Assembly (NCBI GenBank): GCA_016699955.1
Contig: CP064993.1
Span: forward strand, 570,001 to 602,000
DNA length: 32,000 bases
From: Candidatus Saccharimonadota bacterium
GTDB lineage: Bacteria; Patescibacteriota; Saccharimonadia; Saccharimonadales; UBA4665
Reading direction: 5' to 3'
Made by a program: the position numbers and the translations under genes. The notes below the pieces were generated by a model that was not told where the DNA came from, did no database searches, and worked only from the letters and a program-made list of their open reading frames with translations. The stretch's first letter is position 1; each line of letters opens with the position of its first letter. Positions 1 to 8,053 of this stretch are shown here, piece after piece.

Positions 1-49
1 AGCTAAATTTACCATACGTTTTGATGGTGGATTTAGAAAAAGTTTCTTC

Positions 50-125
50 TGGTCGGGGTGACAGGACTTGAACCTGCGACCTCACGGCCCCCAGCCGTAC
101 GCGCTACCAACTGCGCCACACCCCG
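50..125 (-). tRNA. tRNA-Pro (anticodon GGG), 3' CCA encoded
   Basis: The reverse complement folds as a cloverleaf. Acceptor CGGGGTG/CACCCCG; D arm GCGC-AGTTGGTA-GCGC; anticodon stem TACGG/CCGTG with loop CTGGGGG; T arm GCAGG-TTCAAGT-CCTGT; then ACCA. Confidence 0.9.
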
Positions 126-247
126 ATAGTGTGCGTTTGTATTGTATCAAATGTGCTGTGATTTTGGCCGTTCGTTCCTCACGGTCACCTACGGCGACCC
201 CGAAACTTGCAGACTGCTCAGTAGAGGTTACGTGGTACCATAGGTTC

Positions 248-943
248 ATGTGGACTGAAACAAAACACGGCCTATACAAGCAATTTGTATTTTCTGACTT
301 CCGCCTAGCGTGGTCGTTTATGGAGCAAGTGAGTGCGGTTGTGAATAGGCTAGGGCATCATCCGCGCTGGCAGAACGAATGGAACGTTGTGGAGTTTTGG
401 CTGAGTACACACGAACCGACGCAGTGTATTTCAGACAAAGATTGGGAGCTTGCGCGTGCAATTGATAGGCTCGCCGATGGAAGTCATGAATCGGGGGTGG
501 CAGGGGATGATGACAAAACAACAACACATGTAACAGAGGTGCAGCTGTATGCCGATGGTGGGTCTCGTGGTAATCCGGGGCCTTCGGCAAGTGGTTATGT
601 TGTGCTCGATATGAGCGGAAGGGTGCTTTTTTCGCAGGGCATTTTTCTTGGAATTACAACAAACAATCAAGCCGAATACCTTGCACTCAAGCACGGGCTG
701 GAAGCAGCGCTTCAGAAATGCCAGGCTCGCGAGGTGCATGTGTACATGGATAGCTTGCTGGTAGTAAATCAAATGAAACGGATTTTTAAAGTAAAAAACC
801 GCGACCTGTGGCCGATACATGACGCCATCCAGCAGATTTTGCCCAAGTTTGAAAAAGTGACGTTTGACCATGTCCCGCGGGAGCTTAACAAACTAGCAGA
901 CGCCGAGGTCAACAAAGCGCTTGACGTCGAGCTACAGTCTTAA
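248..943 (+). CDS. Fusion protein: N-terminal pterin-4a-carbinolamine dehydratase (PCD/DCoH)-like domain plus C-terminal RNase H (type 1) domain
   Basis: The first 60 codons of ORF 68..943 overlap tRNA-Pro, so the start is taken at ATG 248 (MWTETKHG). The N-terminal part carries the PCD signature LGHHPRWQNEW-(9 aa)-H. The C-terminal part carries RNase H acidic residues in YADGGSRGNPG, NNQAEYLAL, VYMDSLLV and LADAEVN. Confidence 0.8.
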   Translation: MWTETKHGLYKQFVFSDFRLAWSFMEQVSAVVNRLGHHPRWQNEWNVVEFWLSTHEPTQCISDKDWELARAIDRLADGSHESGVAGDDDKTTTHVTEVQLYADGGSRGNPGPSASGYVVLDMSGRVLFSQGIFLGITTNNQAEYLALKHGLEAALQKCQAREVHVYMDSLLVVNQMKRIFKVKNRDLWPIHDAIQQILPKFEKVTFDHVPRELNKLADAEVNKALDVELQS

Positions 944-985
944 GTATCCCCTGGGAGTACAAGAGGGGCATAGTCTGGTAGAATA

Positions 986-1372
986 GTGGTTATGATAAGT
1001 GCATTAGTTGTATGGTGGTATGGGCTTGGATGGCGGTTGCAGCTGCAGGCGGTATCTCGACGCTGGCTTCGCTGGGTAGATTATTTTTCCTTTAGTATTT
1101 TAATTCGAACACTTTTTGCCCCTTTTCGTCAGATAGGGAACGAGGCTCATGGTGGGTCGCTTGCCGTACAGTTTCGGCAGTGGAGTGATCGGACGTTTTC
1201 GCGAGTTGTCGGCTTTTTTGTACGCGTAGTGACGCTCGTTTTCGGTACAGGTTGCATGGTGCTCATAGGGTTGCTTAGTCTGCTGCAACTTACGCTCTGG
1301 ATAGTCGTACCCTTACTCCCAGTTATTGGGGGAGTGGTAAGCATTGTGGGGTGGGTACCGTGGCAGAGATAA
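986..1372 (+). CDS. Small integral membrane protein, unknown function
   Basis: 128-aa ORF with hydrophobic segments (ISALVVWWYGLGW, VVTLVFGTGCMVLIGLLSLL, IVVPLLPVIGGVVSIVGWV). GTG 986 or ATG 992 could be the start. Its 3' end overlaps the next ORF by 22 nt. Confidence 0.55.
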   Translation: MVMISALVVWWYGLGWRLQLQAVSRRWLRWVDYFSFSILIRTLFAPFRQIGNEAHGGSLAVQFRQWSDRTFSRVVGFFVRVVTLVFGTGCMVLIGLLSLLQLTLWIVVPLLPVIGGVVSIVGWVPWQR

Positions 1373-3744
1373 CATTACATGCAACTAGAGCCCGCAAAGC
1401 TCGGCTTGGTGCATCTATCAGTCCTGTGTTCGTCATGGTTTTGTTTGCTGCAGGGGTACTACTTGTTCTGTGCGGTCTGGCGCTGCTCTTTAGTAATATT
1501 GCAGTCGGTTGGTTATTTGTTGGGCTTGCAGCGATCCCCGTTATGTGCGGAGTATGGGATACGTATGACCTTAACGATATTCCTGCAGGGACTGGGGCGG
1601 GCATTGATCAGATTTTAGAGAGCAGTGTGCTTGGCAAATTGCCACAGGATGTGACGCCAAAGGCTATTGCGTTGGCTGCACCGCACTCGGCGGCGGCGCG
1701 GTTTATGATTGTACGGTTTGAGCTTTCTGCTAAAGTACTCAGCGATCTTGCCTCAGATAAACCCGCAGATGCTGAAGCAGTCTGGCAGCTAGCCGAACAG
1801 TATAGGGTGCAGCTGAAGAGTGATATTTTGCGGGGCGATATGCTCGTAGCAGCTTTGTGCGTGACACAGCCGGGTCTCGCGCAGTTGCTGCCGCACCTCC
1901 AGCTAGAGCCTGCCGATTTAATTCTTGGTATGCGGTGGTATAGTCGCATCCAGGAAATTATCAAACAGGCTCATATGCCACGCCAAAATGGTGGTATTGC
2001 TCGCGACTGGAACTTCGGATACGCAAATTTACTCGAACGATTTGGGGTTAACATGAGTCAGCAGGGAGCACATGGCGGCATGTTTAACGCAAATCTGGAG
2101 TCGCACCACGCTGTAACCGCACAGCTTCAGTCTGTTTTTGCCGGGGAAGGGCGTCAGAATGCAGCAATTGTTGGCAAGCTGGGGGTAGGCAAGACGACTA
2201 TTGCACAGGCATTTGCCACAAATGTTATGACGGGTGGCGGTAATGTCCCTGGAAACCTACGGTACAGCCAGGTTATTCGACTCGACGCCGGTACGCTTAT
2301 TCGATTTGCGCGCAATCGTACTGAGCTTGAGGACATTGTGCAACGTTTGTTTGTAGAGGCATTTCGTGCCAAAAACATCATTTTGTTTCTTGATGATGCG
2401 CAGTTGTTTTTTGAAGAAAGCAATGGTTCGGTTGATCTTAGCTCGGCGCTCATGCCGATTATAGAGAGCGGGCGACTAAGAATATTTATGGCTATGGACG
2501 AACAGGCGTATTTACGGATTTCACAGCGTAATCCTGCGCTCGTGAGTGCGCTTAACCGTATAAACGTGACCTCGGGCAATGAGGCCGACACCATGTCCGT
2601 TTTGCAGGAACAGATTATTCGTCTAGAGAGCGAACACAAGGTTACGTTTACTCACCAGGGTTTGAAGGAAGGTTATCGGCTGAGCGAGCGGTACATGTAT
2701 GACCTTGCTCAGCCAGGGCGCGCTGTCCGCTTGCTCGAACAAGCAGCGCGACAAGCCAATAATGGTTTTGTGACGGCAGAGTCTGTGGCCGCAGCCATTG
2801 AACTATCAAGCGGTGTGAAAGTTGCTCCACCCGCCAATGACACTGCAGAGCGCGACAGATTACTGAACATGGAAGATCTGATTCACCAGCGGATGGTCAA
2901 CCAGTCGCGGGCCGTTACGGCGGTGAGTAATGCACTTAGGCGGGCTCGGGCAGGGGTAAGAAATGAAAAGCGACCGATAGGTACGTTTCTGTTTCTGGGC
3001 CCGACAGGTGTTGGCAAAACAGAGCTCGCCAAAGCTTTGGCGGCGGTGTATTTCGGCGGGGAAGATAGAATTGTGCGCATTGACCTCAATGAATTTGTTA
3101 GGCTCGAAGACGTTTCGCGCTTAATTGCGGATGGCGCAAACGAACCGCATGGCCTAACAGCGAGCATATTGAAACAGCCGTTTTCAGTAGTGTTGCTAGA
3201 TGAAGTCGAAAAAGCCCATCCACAGGTTTTGACAACGCTTCTGCAGCTCCTTGATGAAGGTGTGCTTAGGGATGTGAACAACCGCGAGGTCAGCTTCCGC
3301 GACGCAATAGTGATTGCGACGAGCAATGCCGGAGCAGAGCAGATTCGCCAGCTTATAGACGAGGGTAAAAAACTTGAAGAATTTGAAGACAGCATTGTAG
3401 ATGAGCTTATAGACAGGCAGCAGTTTCGGCCAGAATTTCTCAACAGATTTGACGAAATTGTCGTGTTTCGCCCATTGACAGAGGAGGAGCTTGGGCAGGT
3501 GGTTGAGCGCATGATAACAGAGGTAAATAGTACGTTGAAAACCCAAAAAATCCAGGTGCAACTCACGCCCGAGGCGGTTCAGCGCCTTGCTGCGATTGGC
3601 TACGATCCAAGGCTCGGCGCTCGCCCAATGCGCCGCGTTGTGCAGCGCAGTGTCGAGGACTTAGTTGCTAAACGGATACTGGAAGGCACAGCCCAGCCTG
3701 GTCAGACTGTCACTATTACCGATTCCGATATTTTAACTCGATAA
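1351..3744 (+). CDS. Clp/Hsp100-family AAA+ ATPase with two nucleotide-binding rings and N-terminal transmembrane helices (ClpA-like layout, no M-domain)
   Basis: D1 has Walker A GKLGVGKT and Walker B ILFLDDAQ. D2 has Walker A GPTGVGKT, Walker B VVLLDEVEKAHP, sensor-1 ATSNAG and sensor-2 GARPMRR. The N-terminus (aa ~20-70) has two hydrophobic helices. The GTG 1351 start is uncertain. Confidence 0.85.
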   Translation: MGTVAEITLHATRARKARLGASISPVFVMVLFAAGVLLVLCGLALLFSNIAVGWLFVGLAAIPVMCGVWDTYDLNDIPAGTGAGIDQILESSVLGKLPQDVTPKAIALAAPHSAAARFMIVRFELSAKVLSDLASDKPADAEAVWQLAEQYRVQLKSDILRGDMLVAALCVTQPGLAQLLPHLQLEPADLILGMRWYSRIQEIIKQAHMPRQNGGIARDWNFGYANLLERFGVNMSQQGAHGGMFNANLESHHAVTAQLQSVFAGEGRQNAAIVGKLGVGKTTIAQAFATNVMTGGGNVPGNLRYSQVIRLDAGTLIRFARNRTELEDIVQRLFVEAFRAKNIILFLDDAQLFFEESNGSVDLSSALMPIIESGRLRIFMAMDEQAYLRISQRNPALVSALNRINVTSGNEADTMSVLQEQIIRLESEHKVTFTHQGLKEGYRLSERYMYDLAQPGRAVRLLEQAARQANNGFVTAESVAAAIELSSGVKVAPPANDTAERDRLLNMEDLIHQRMVNQSRAVTAVSNALRRARAGVRNEKRPIGTFLFLGPTGVGKTELAKALAAVYFGGEDRIVRIDLNEFVRLEDVSRLIADGANEPHGLTASILKQPFSVVLLDEVEKAHPQVLTTLLQLLDEGVLRDVNNREVSFRDAIVIATSNAGAEQIRQLIDEGKKLEEFEDSIVDELIDRQQFRPEFLNRFDEIVVFRPLTEEELGQVVERMITEVNSTLKTQKIQVQLTPEAVQRLAAIGYDPRLGARPMRRVVQRSVEDLVAKRILEGTAQPGQTVTITDSDILTR

Positions 3745-3812
3745 ATAACCCCTGAGCCTGTTCTTTGCTGAAAAGGTTGTCTTTGAACATAACAGAGGTG
3801 GTATACTATAGG

Positions 3813-4162
3813 GGTTAGATTGCTAGCTAATCGCTTGTACATTTATGTGCCAGAGGAAAGTCCGGGCAGCATAGGGAATGACAGCCGCTAACGGCGGCCG
3901 GGGGTGACCCTAGGGAAAGTGCCACAGAAACGATACTTCCTGGTTTTACCAGGTAAAGGTGAAACGCGCGAGGTAAGAGCTCGTAGTCGCGCATGGTAAC
4001 ATGCGAGAGAGGTAAACCCTGTCTGCTGCAAGGAGTGAGCTAAATACGTTCCCGCGATGCTCACGTTTGACCCCGCTTGAGCCTGCAAGCAATTGCAGGC
4101 CTAGATAGATGATTAGCGCTTTCGTAAGAAAGACACAAAACCCGGCTTACCGGTAATCTACC
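3813..4162 (+). ncRNA. rnpB: RNase P RNA (bacterial type A)
   Basis: Conserved P4 halves GAGGAAAGTCCGGGC (~3853) and ACAAAACCCGGCTTAC (~4135). P1 pairs GTTAGATT with AATCTAC. P2 pairs GCTAATC with GATTAGC. Length is about 350 nt. An extended -10-like TGGTATACT lies just upstream. Confidence 0.9.
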
Positions 4163-4170
4163 AGTTATAA

Positions 4171-4200
4171 AAACACCTCGCTCGAGTAGCGGGGTGTTTT
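4171..4200 (+). terminator. Intrinsic terminator after rnpB
   Basis: AAACACCTCGC-tcgagta-GCGGGGTGTTT hairpin followed by a T run. Confidence 0.7.
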
Positions 4201-4224
4201 GCTAAACCTAGCTAATACTATTTC

Positions 4225-4668
4225 TTATGATGTCCGTTCCGTAGGGATTAATTCGCCACTATCTAGCTTTGCATGCAGAGTGGGCAGAGCAACGTTGTTG
4301 ACGCCCGGCAGACCTTCGATACATACACCGACAATAGGTTTACCTTTTGGGGTTTCATGTATTGTTACCACCAGTCGCCGCCTTTCCATATCGTCTCGTG
4401 AATCGAATAGCATGCCAGGCGTAACTCTGTCAGAAGGGTCGGTGTATTCGGTCAAGCCGGTGGCTCCGGTGGCTATTGATGCTACTCGTTTATCGATTTG
4501 TACCACCGTTTCGGGTGGCAGAACAAAATCCTTAGGTACGAGGGGCTTTTTTTTAGACGTAGTTTCTCCGAGCGCAGCTTCACCCGCCAAAGCTAAACCC
4601 TTACCAGACAACCTCGAGAGAGGGTTTGCAGGTACAAGATCGGGACTTATGCGTAAACGATCGGGCAT
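4225..4668 (-). CDS. Hypothetical protein (147 aa)
   Basis: Preferred over the antisense ORF 4199..4720, whose product is Ser/Arg-rich and low-complexity. It has the same orientation as the neighbouring operon. TATAAT lies about 11 nt upstream of the ATG. No family was recognised. Confidence 0.5.
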   Translation of the reverse strand: MPDRLRISPDLVPANPLSRLSGKGLALAGEAALGETTSKKKPLVPKDFVLPPETVVQIDKRVASIATGATGLTEYTDPSDRVTPGMLFDSRDDMERRRLVVTIHETPKGKPIVGVCIEGLPGVNNVALPTLHAKLDSGELIPTERTS

Positions 4669-4719
4669 AATTTATCATATTATACAAAACATTAGCATAT
4701 CAGTCAATATTTACGTATA

Positions 4720-4747
4720 AAAAATACCCCAAGATAGGGGTATTTTT
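4720..4747 (-). terminator. Intrinsic terminator downstream of rplT (symmetric, potentially bidirectional)
   Basis: AAAAATACCCC-aagata-GGGGTATTTTT: a perfect hairpin flanked by A and T runs. Confidence 0.75.
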
Positions 4748-4761
4748 AACCAAGCAAAAGG

Positions 4762-5112
4762 TTATTTTTCGAGTTTGGCGGCTTTGACGACTGCGGTGAA
4801 AGCCTTTGGTTCGTTGACTGCTAGCTCGGCTAGAACCTTACGGTCTAGCTCGATATTAGCTGCCTTCAGACCAGAGATAAGACGGCTGTATGTCGTACCG
4901 TTCTCGCGGGCAGCGGCATTGATACGGACGTTCCACAGGGAGCGGAAGGTGCGCTTACGATTGCGGCGATCGCGGTAGGCAAATTGCAAGGCACGAGTTG
5001 TGGCCTGCTTGCCCCGCTTTACGCTTACCCTGTTTGGGTGACTCATGCCCTTTGTAGCTTTGCGGATTTTGACGTGTTTTGCGTGACCTGGCACGCCTCG
5101 TTTGACTCGCAT
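4762..5112 (-). CDS. rplT: 50S ribosomal protein L20
   Basis: MRVKRGV...HAKHVKIRK...FAYRDRRNRKR.FRSLWNVRINAAAR is the typical L20 sequence. It lies in the infC-rpmI-rplT order. Confidence 0.95.
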   Translation of the reverse strand: MRVKRGVPGHAKHVKIRKATKGMSHPNRVSVKRGKQATTRALQFAYRDRRNRKRTFRSLWNVRINAAARENGTTYSRLISGLKAANIELDRKVLAELAVNEPKAFTAVVKAAKLEK

Positions 5113-5114
5113 GG

Positions 5115-5309
5115 CTAGACCCCCAGCTTCTTACGTATTATTTTGCTGTTGGTTGCGTTCAATGTCTCCAAACCAGCCAGCTTGCGCTTGCGTGCGCCGC
5201 TTTTCTTCTGCAAGAAGTGGCTAGCGTGTGAGTGACGGACACGAACACGTCCGTTCTTGGTTACTCGTACGCGGTCTTTAGTGCCGCTATGAGACTTGAG
5301 TTTTGGCAT
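5115..5309 (-). CDS. rpmI: 50S ribosomal protein L35
   Basis: MPKLKSHSGTKDRVRVTKNGRV..R..ASHFLQKKS is the typical L35 sequence. Confidence 0.95.
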   Translation of the reverse strand: MPKLKSHSGTKDRVRVTKNGRVRVRHSHASHFLQKKSGARKRKLAGLETLNATNSKIIRKKLGV

Positions 5310-5328
5310 ATTATCTCCCTAGACTCGT

Positions 5329-5919
5329 TTAATTTAATAATGATTTATCAGTTGGGTCGCTTGCAGGCTTTGGAGCCTTCACGGCGACGCCGCGGATAAC
5401 AAATGAAAGTTGTTTACCTGTGAGCTGCGGTTGTTGGTCGACGGCAATAGTGTCGCCAAAGCTGTCGATGACTCGTTCGGCAAGTTTGAAGCCAATATCT
5501 TTGTGTGCTAGCTCGCGTCCACGGAAAAAAAGTGTGATTTTCACTTTGTGTCCGGCTTCGAGAAAACCGGTAACTTTTTTCATTTTGACACCAAGGTCAT
5601 GGTCGCCAATTTTGAGTCCGAAACGCATTTGCTTCATGTCAAGAATTTTGTTGTTCAGGCGGTTTTTTTGTGCCTGCTTGGTCTTCTGGTAATTGAACTT
5701 ACCCCAGTCGACTATTTTGCAGACGGGCGGATTTGCTGCTGGCGATATCTCGACGAGGTCGAGTTCCTGTTCCTGCGCAAGCGTATACGCTTCGCGCGAG
5801 CTCATCACGCCGAGCTGTTTGCCATCTGCATCGATGACCCTGACTTCTGGTGCCCGAATCTGTCCATTCAGGCGTGTACTTGTGCCGATACTAGCTTCTC
5901 CTTGATTACTTCCGTGCAA
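5329..5919 (-). CDS. infC: Translation initiation factor IF-3 (maximal ORF; the true start is probably the AUC codon at 5889)
   Basis: LNGQIRAPEVRVIDADGKQLGV...LDLVEISP.ANPPVCKIVDWGKF.YQ matches IF-3. The TTG at 5919 lies only 3 nt from a -10 box. AAGGAG (5903-5898) sits 8 nt upstream of ATC 5889. Confidence 0.9.
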   Translation of the reverse strand: MHGSNQGEASIGTSTRLNGQIRAPEVRVIDADGKQLGVMSSREAYTLAQEQELDLVEISPAANPPVCKIVDWGKFNYQKTKQAQKNRLNNKILDMKQMRFGLKIGDHDLGVKMKKVTGFLEAGHKVKITLFFRGRELAHKDIGFKLAERVIDSFGDTIAVDQQPQLTGKQLSFVIRGVAVKAPKPASDPTDKSLLN

Positions 5920-5922
5920 GTG

Positions 5923-5951
5923 ATTGTAACAGATGCAGAAACAGAGGTCAA
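5923..5951 (-). promoter_or_regulatory. Sigma70-like promoter of the infC operon
   Basis: The minus strand reads TTGACC-17 nt-TACAAT. Confidence 0.55.
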
Positions 5952-6008
5952 TTTTTTTGAGGAGCTTACTCGCTGTATTCTTGGTACGCTGTTTCTGTTG
6001 ACTTTGAT

Positions 6009-7535
6009 TTAAGCGTCGTGGAACTGGTGGGGGCGGTACTGGAGTGCTTCGGCGATGTGTTTTTGCTGGATGACATCACTTCCGTCTAGGTCGGCAATGG
6101 TGCGCGCGAGCTTGACACTTCGCATATAGGCTCGTGCGGAGAGGCTAAATTATTTCTGCTGCCGCGTCTAGCATGTCTTTTGCGGACGCTTCTAGGTTCG
6201 CCAGTGCTTTGACTTCACGGTTTGTCATGTCGGCGTTGAGCTTAGCAGTTTTACCAAAGCGCTTTGACTGTTTGGCTCGCGCTGTGGCAACTTTTGCTCG
6301 CATTTCCTTTGAACTGGGGCCATCAGTTTTGCCGCTATTGAGTAAACGACCGTTGCCAATTTCATGCACATCAACGCAAATATCAATTCGGTCAAGGATT
6401 GGTCCAGGTAGTTTACGACGATATTGGACGGTGCGGTGTGGAAGGCAACGCTAAGGTTTACTTGTGCCGTAATGTCCGCAAGGGCAGGGGTTAGCAGTTG
6501 CGATGAATATGAATAGGCAGGATATTCTGCTGTTTCTTTTGCTTGAGCTATAGTAACGGTTCGGGTCTCAAGCGGTTGGCGCAGGGCTTCGATGGTGACC
6601 CGGCCAAATTTGGGCAATTCGTCAAATAACAAAACGACGCGGTGCGCGAGACTCATTGCGCACACTGTTGCCGCCACCTATCACAGCAACAGTACTGGCA
6701 CTGTGGTGTGGAGAGCGAAATGGTCGCAGCGTCACAAGTCGACTGAAATCGTTACGGGCAAGGCTATGAAGGTGTGTGACCTCAAGCATTTCAGTGCGAG
6801 TCATGGCGGGCAGAAGGCTGGAAGTATTTTTGCAAGCATGCTTTTGCCGGTTCCTGGTGGCCCACCAAGTAGGACATTGTGACCACCTGCAGCACTGATT
6901 TCGACGGCTCGCTTACCGAGCGCCTGGCCAACAACGTCTTCAAGAGTAAGACTATCCTCGTCCGTCACATGCTCAGTAGGCGCAGAAACTGGGCTATCAG
7001 ACGTAGCAATGACGTATGGTTCATGGTTATTGTTCAGGAAGCCGTAGAGCTGTGTTAGCGATGAGACTGGAACGAGCTTGATATCTGGTACTCGTGACGC
7101 CTGGTCGAGGTCATCGACAGGAATGATGAAAGTGCGTATATTATGATGCTTTCCGGCGAGTAACCTACCAATTATGCCGCGTACGGGACGAACTGAGCCT
7201 TCAAGGCCAAGCTCGCCGATAATTGCTGTATGCTCTGGCACGAATCTGCATTGGCCTGAGGCGCGTAGAATTGCCGCCACAATTGCCAGATCAAAACCAG
7301 TGTTTTCCTTGGGAATATCGGCAGGGGCAAGATTCACAGTAATACGCTCAATAGGCAGCTCAAGCCGTGAGCTGGCAAATGCATTGCGTATGCGCTCCTT
7401 GGCCTCGTCGACAGCCTTTGTTGCGTAGCCGATAATAATGATCGCCGGCAGACCCTTCGTAAGCTGACACTCAATATCGACAACCAAACCATGTTGGCCG
7501 TTTTTCACCACCGCCTGGATAGACTGTGACTTCAT
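6009..7535 (-). pseudogene. comM: comM/yifB (Mg-chelatase-like AAA+ competence protein) disrupted by about 4 frameshifts and 1 in-frame stop
   Basis: ComM motifs are spread over alternating frames. GFDLAIVAAIL and GGPPGTGKSMLAK lie in the frame of the ORF ending at 7535. TRTEMLEVTHLHS...RPFRSPHHSAS..AVIGGG is in a different frame. SLAHRVVLLFDELPKF...EALRQPLE.RTVTI returns to the first frame. ATANPCPCGHYGTSKP*RC...LPGPILDRIDI is in the second frame with a TAG at 6451-6453. The tail [22 protein letters not shown] is in the first frame again. Confidence 0.8.
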
Positions 7536-7564
7536 ATTCCGTTACGTTCGGATTATTCAAGTAT

Positions 7565-7603
7565 TCAAAAAGAACGCAACCCACCTGTAGGATGGTGGGT
7601 TGC
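7565..7603 (-). terminator. Terminator-like hairpin in the comM leader (minus-strand sense)
   Basis: GCAACCCACC-8 nt-GGTGGGTTGC. On the minus strand it is followed by GTTCTTTTT. Confidence 0.45.
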
Positions 7604-7641
7604 GGTTACAATGTCTTTTGTTGTTTGTGTATTCGTTTTAT

Positions 7642-7677
7642 AAAACGACGGCTTGCGAGAGGCCGTCGTTTTTTTGG
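7642..7677 (+). terminator. Terminator-like hairpin (strong T run on the plus strand, weaker on the minus)
   Basis: AAAACGACGGC-ttgcgagag-GCCGTCGTTTTTTT. Confidence 0.45.
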
Positions 7678-7721
7678 TCGTTTTTATTTTTGAGCACTTT
7701 TTTTATTCAGTGCTACCTCTA

Positions 7722-7750
7722 ATAATAGTGAGCAAATAGTCAGTTGTCAA
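7722..7750 (-). promoter_or_regulatory. Near-consensus sigma70-like promoter pointing toward comM
   Basis: The minus strand reads TTGACA-17 nt-TATTAT. Its -35 overlaps a plus-strand TTGTCA-17-ATAAAT (7744-7772). Confidence 0.5.
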
Positions 7751-7828
7751 TACCAAAATGCTTGTGATAAATACTGCAACTTTGCATGTGCTTAGCTAGA
7801 GGTTGCTAGCCGGGCAAGCAAAAGCGTA

Positions 7829-7857
7829 TTGACAAACCATACCTGATGTAGTAGTAT
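7829..7857 (+). promoter_or_regulatory. Sigma70-like promoter
   Basis: TTGACA-17 nt-TAGTAT. Confidence 0.45.
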
Positions 7858-7863
7858 AGAACT

Positions 7864-8039
7864 TGGCTCAGCCAAAACAAAAATCCAATTCATTTTCGCT
7901 CGAGTTGCCTTACCGGCAGCGAGAGCGGTCAGTCACGTCGAAGGCGATAAGCGCTATAAATTAATTTATATTGAGCGGATTTATCGCCTTTCGACCCATG
8001 TATTTTCCACGCCTAGGTGTTATGCTTATGGCGTGTTTT
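7864..8039 (+). ncRNA. Candidate ~175-nt structured RNA (independent sRNA or cis-leader of the 8054 gene); class not recognised
   Basis: A promoter lies at 7829-7857. Three hairpins follow: TTGGC-tca-GCCAA, the ~15-bp stem 7937-7995 (GTCGAAGGCGATAA...TTATCGCCTTTCGAC), and the terminator-like CACGCC...GGCGTGTTTT (8008-8039). Confidence 0.3.
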
Positions 8040-8053
8040 AATTAGTATAGGTT

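Noticed and set aside
68-247. N-terminal 60 codons of ORF 68..943
   Set aside because: They overlap tRNA-Pro on the opposite strand and have no protein-like features. The recognisable PCD-like domain begins at the ATG at 248.
3888-4088. 66-aa minus-strand ORF
   Set aside because: It lies entirely inside RNase P RNA, so it is a spurious reading frame.
4199-4720. 173-aa plus-strand ORF
   Set aside because: It is antisense to the more protein-like ORF 4225..4668. Its product is Ser/Arg/Thr-rich and low-complexity, which is typical of shadow frames.
6173-7428. Plus-strand ORFs 6173..6454, 6592..6882 and 7174..7428
   Set aside because: They are antisense shadows of the comM pseudogene and have no motifs.
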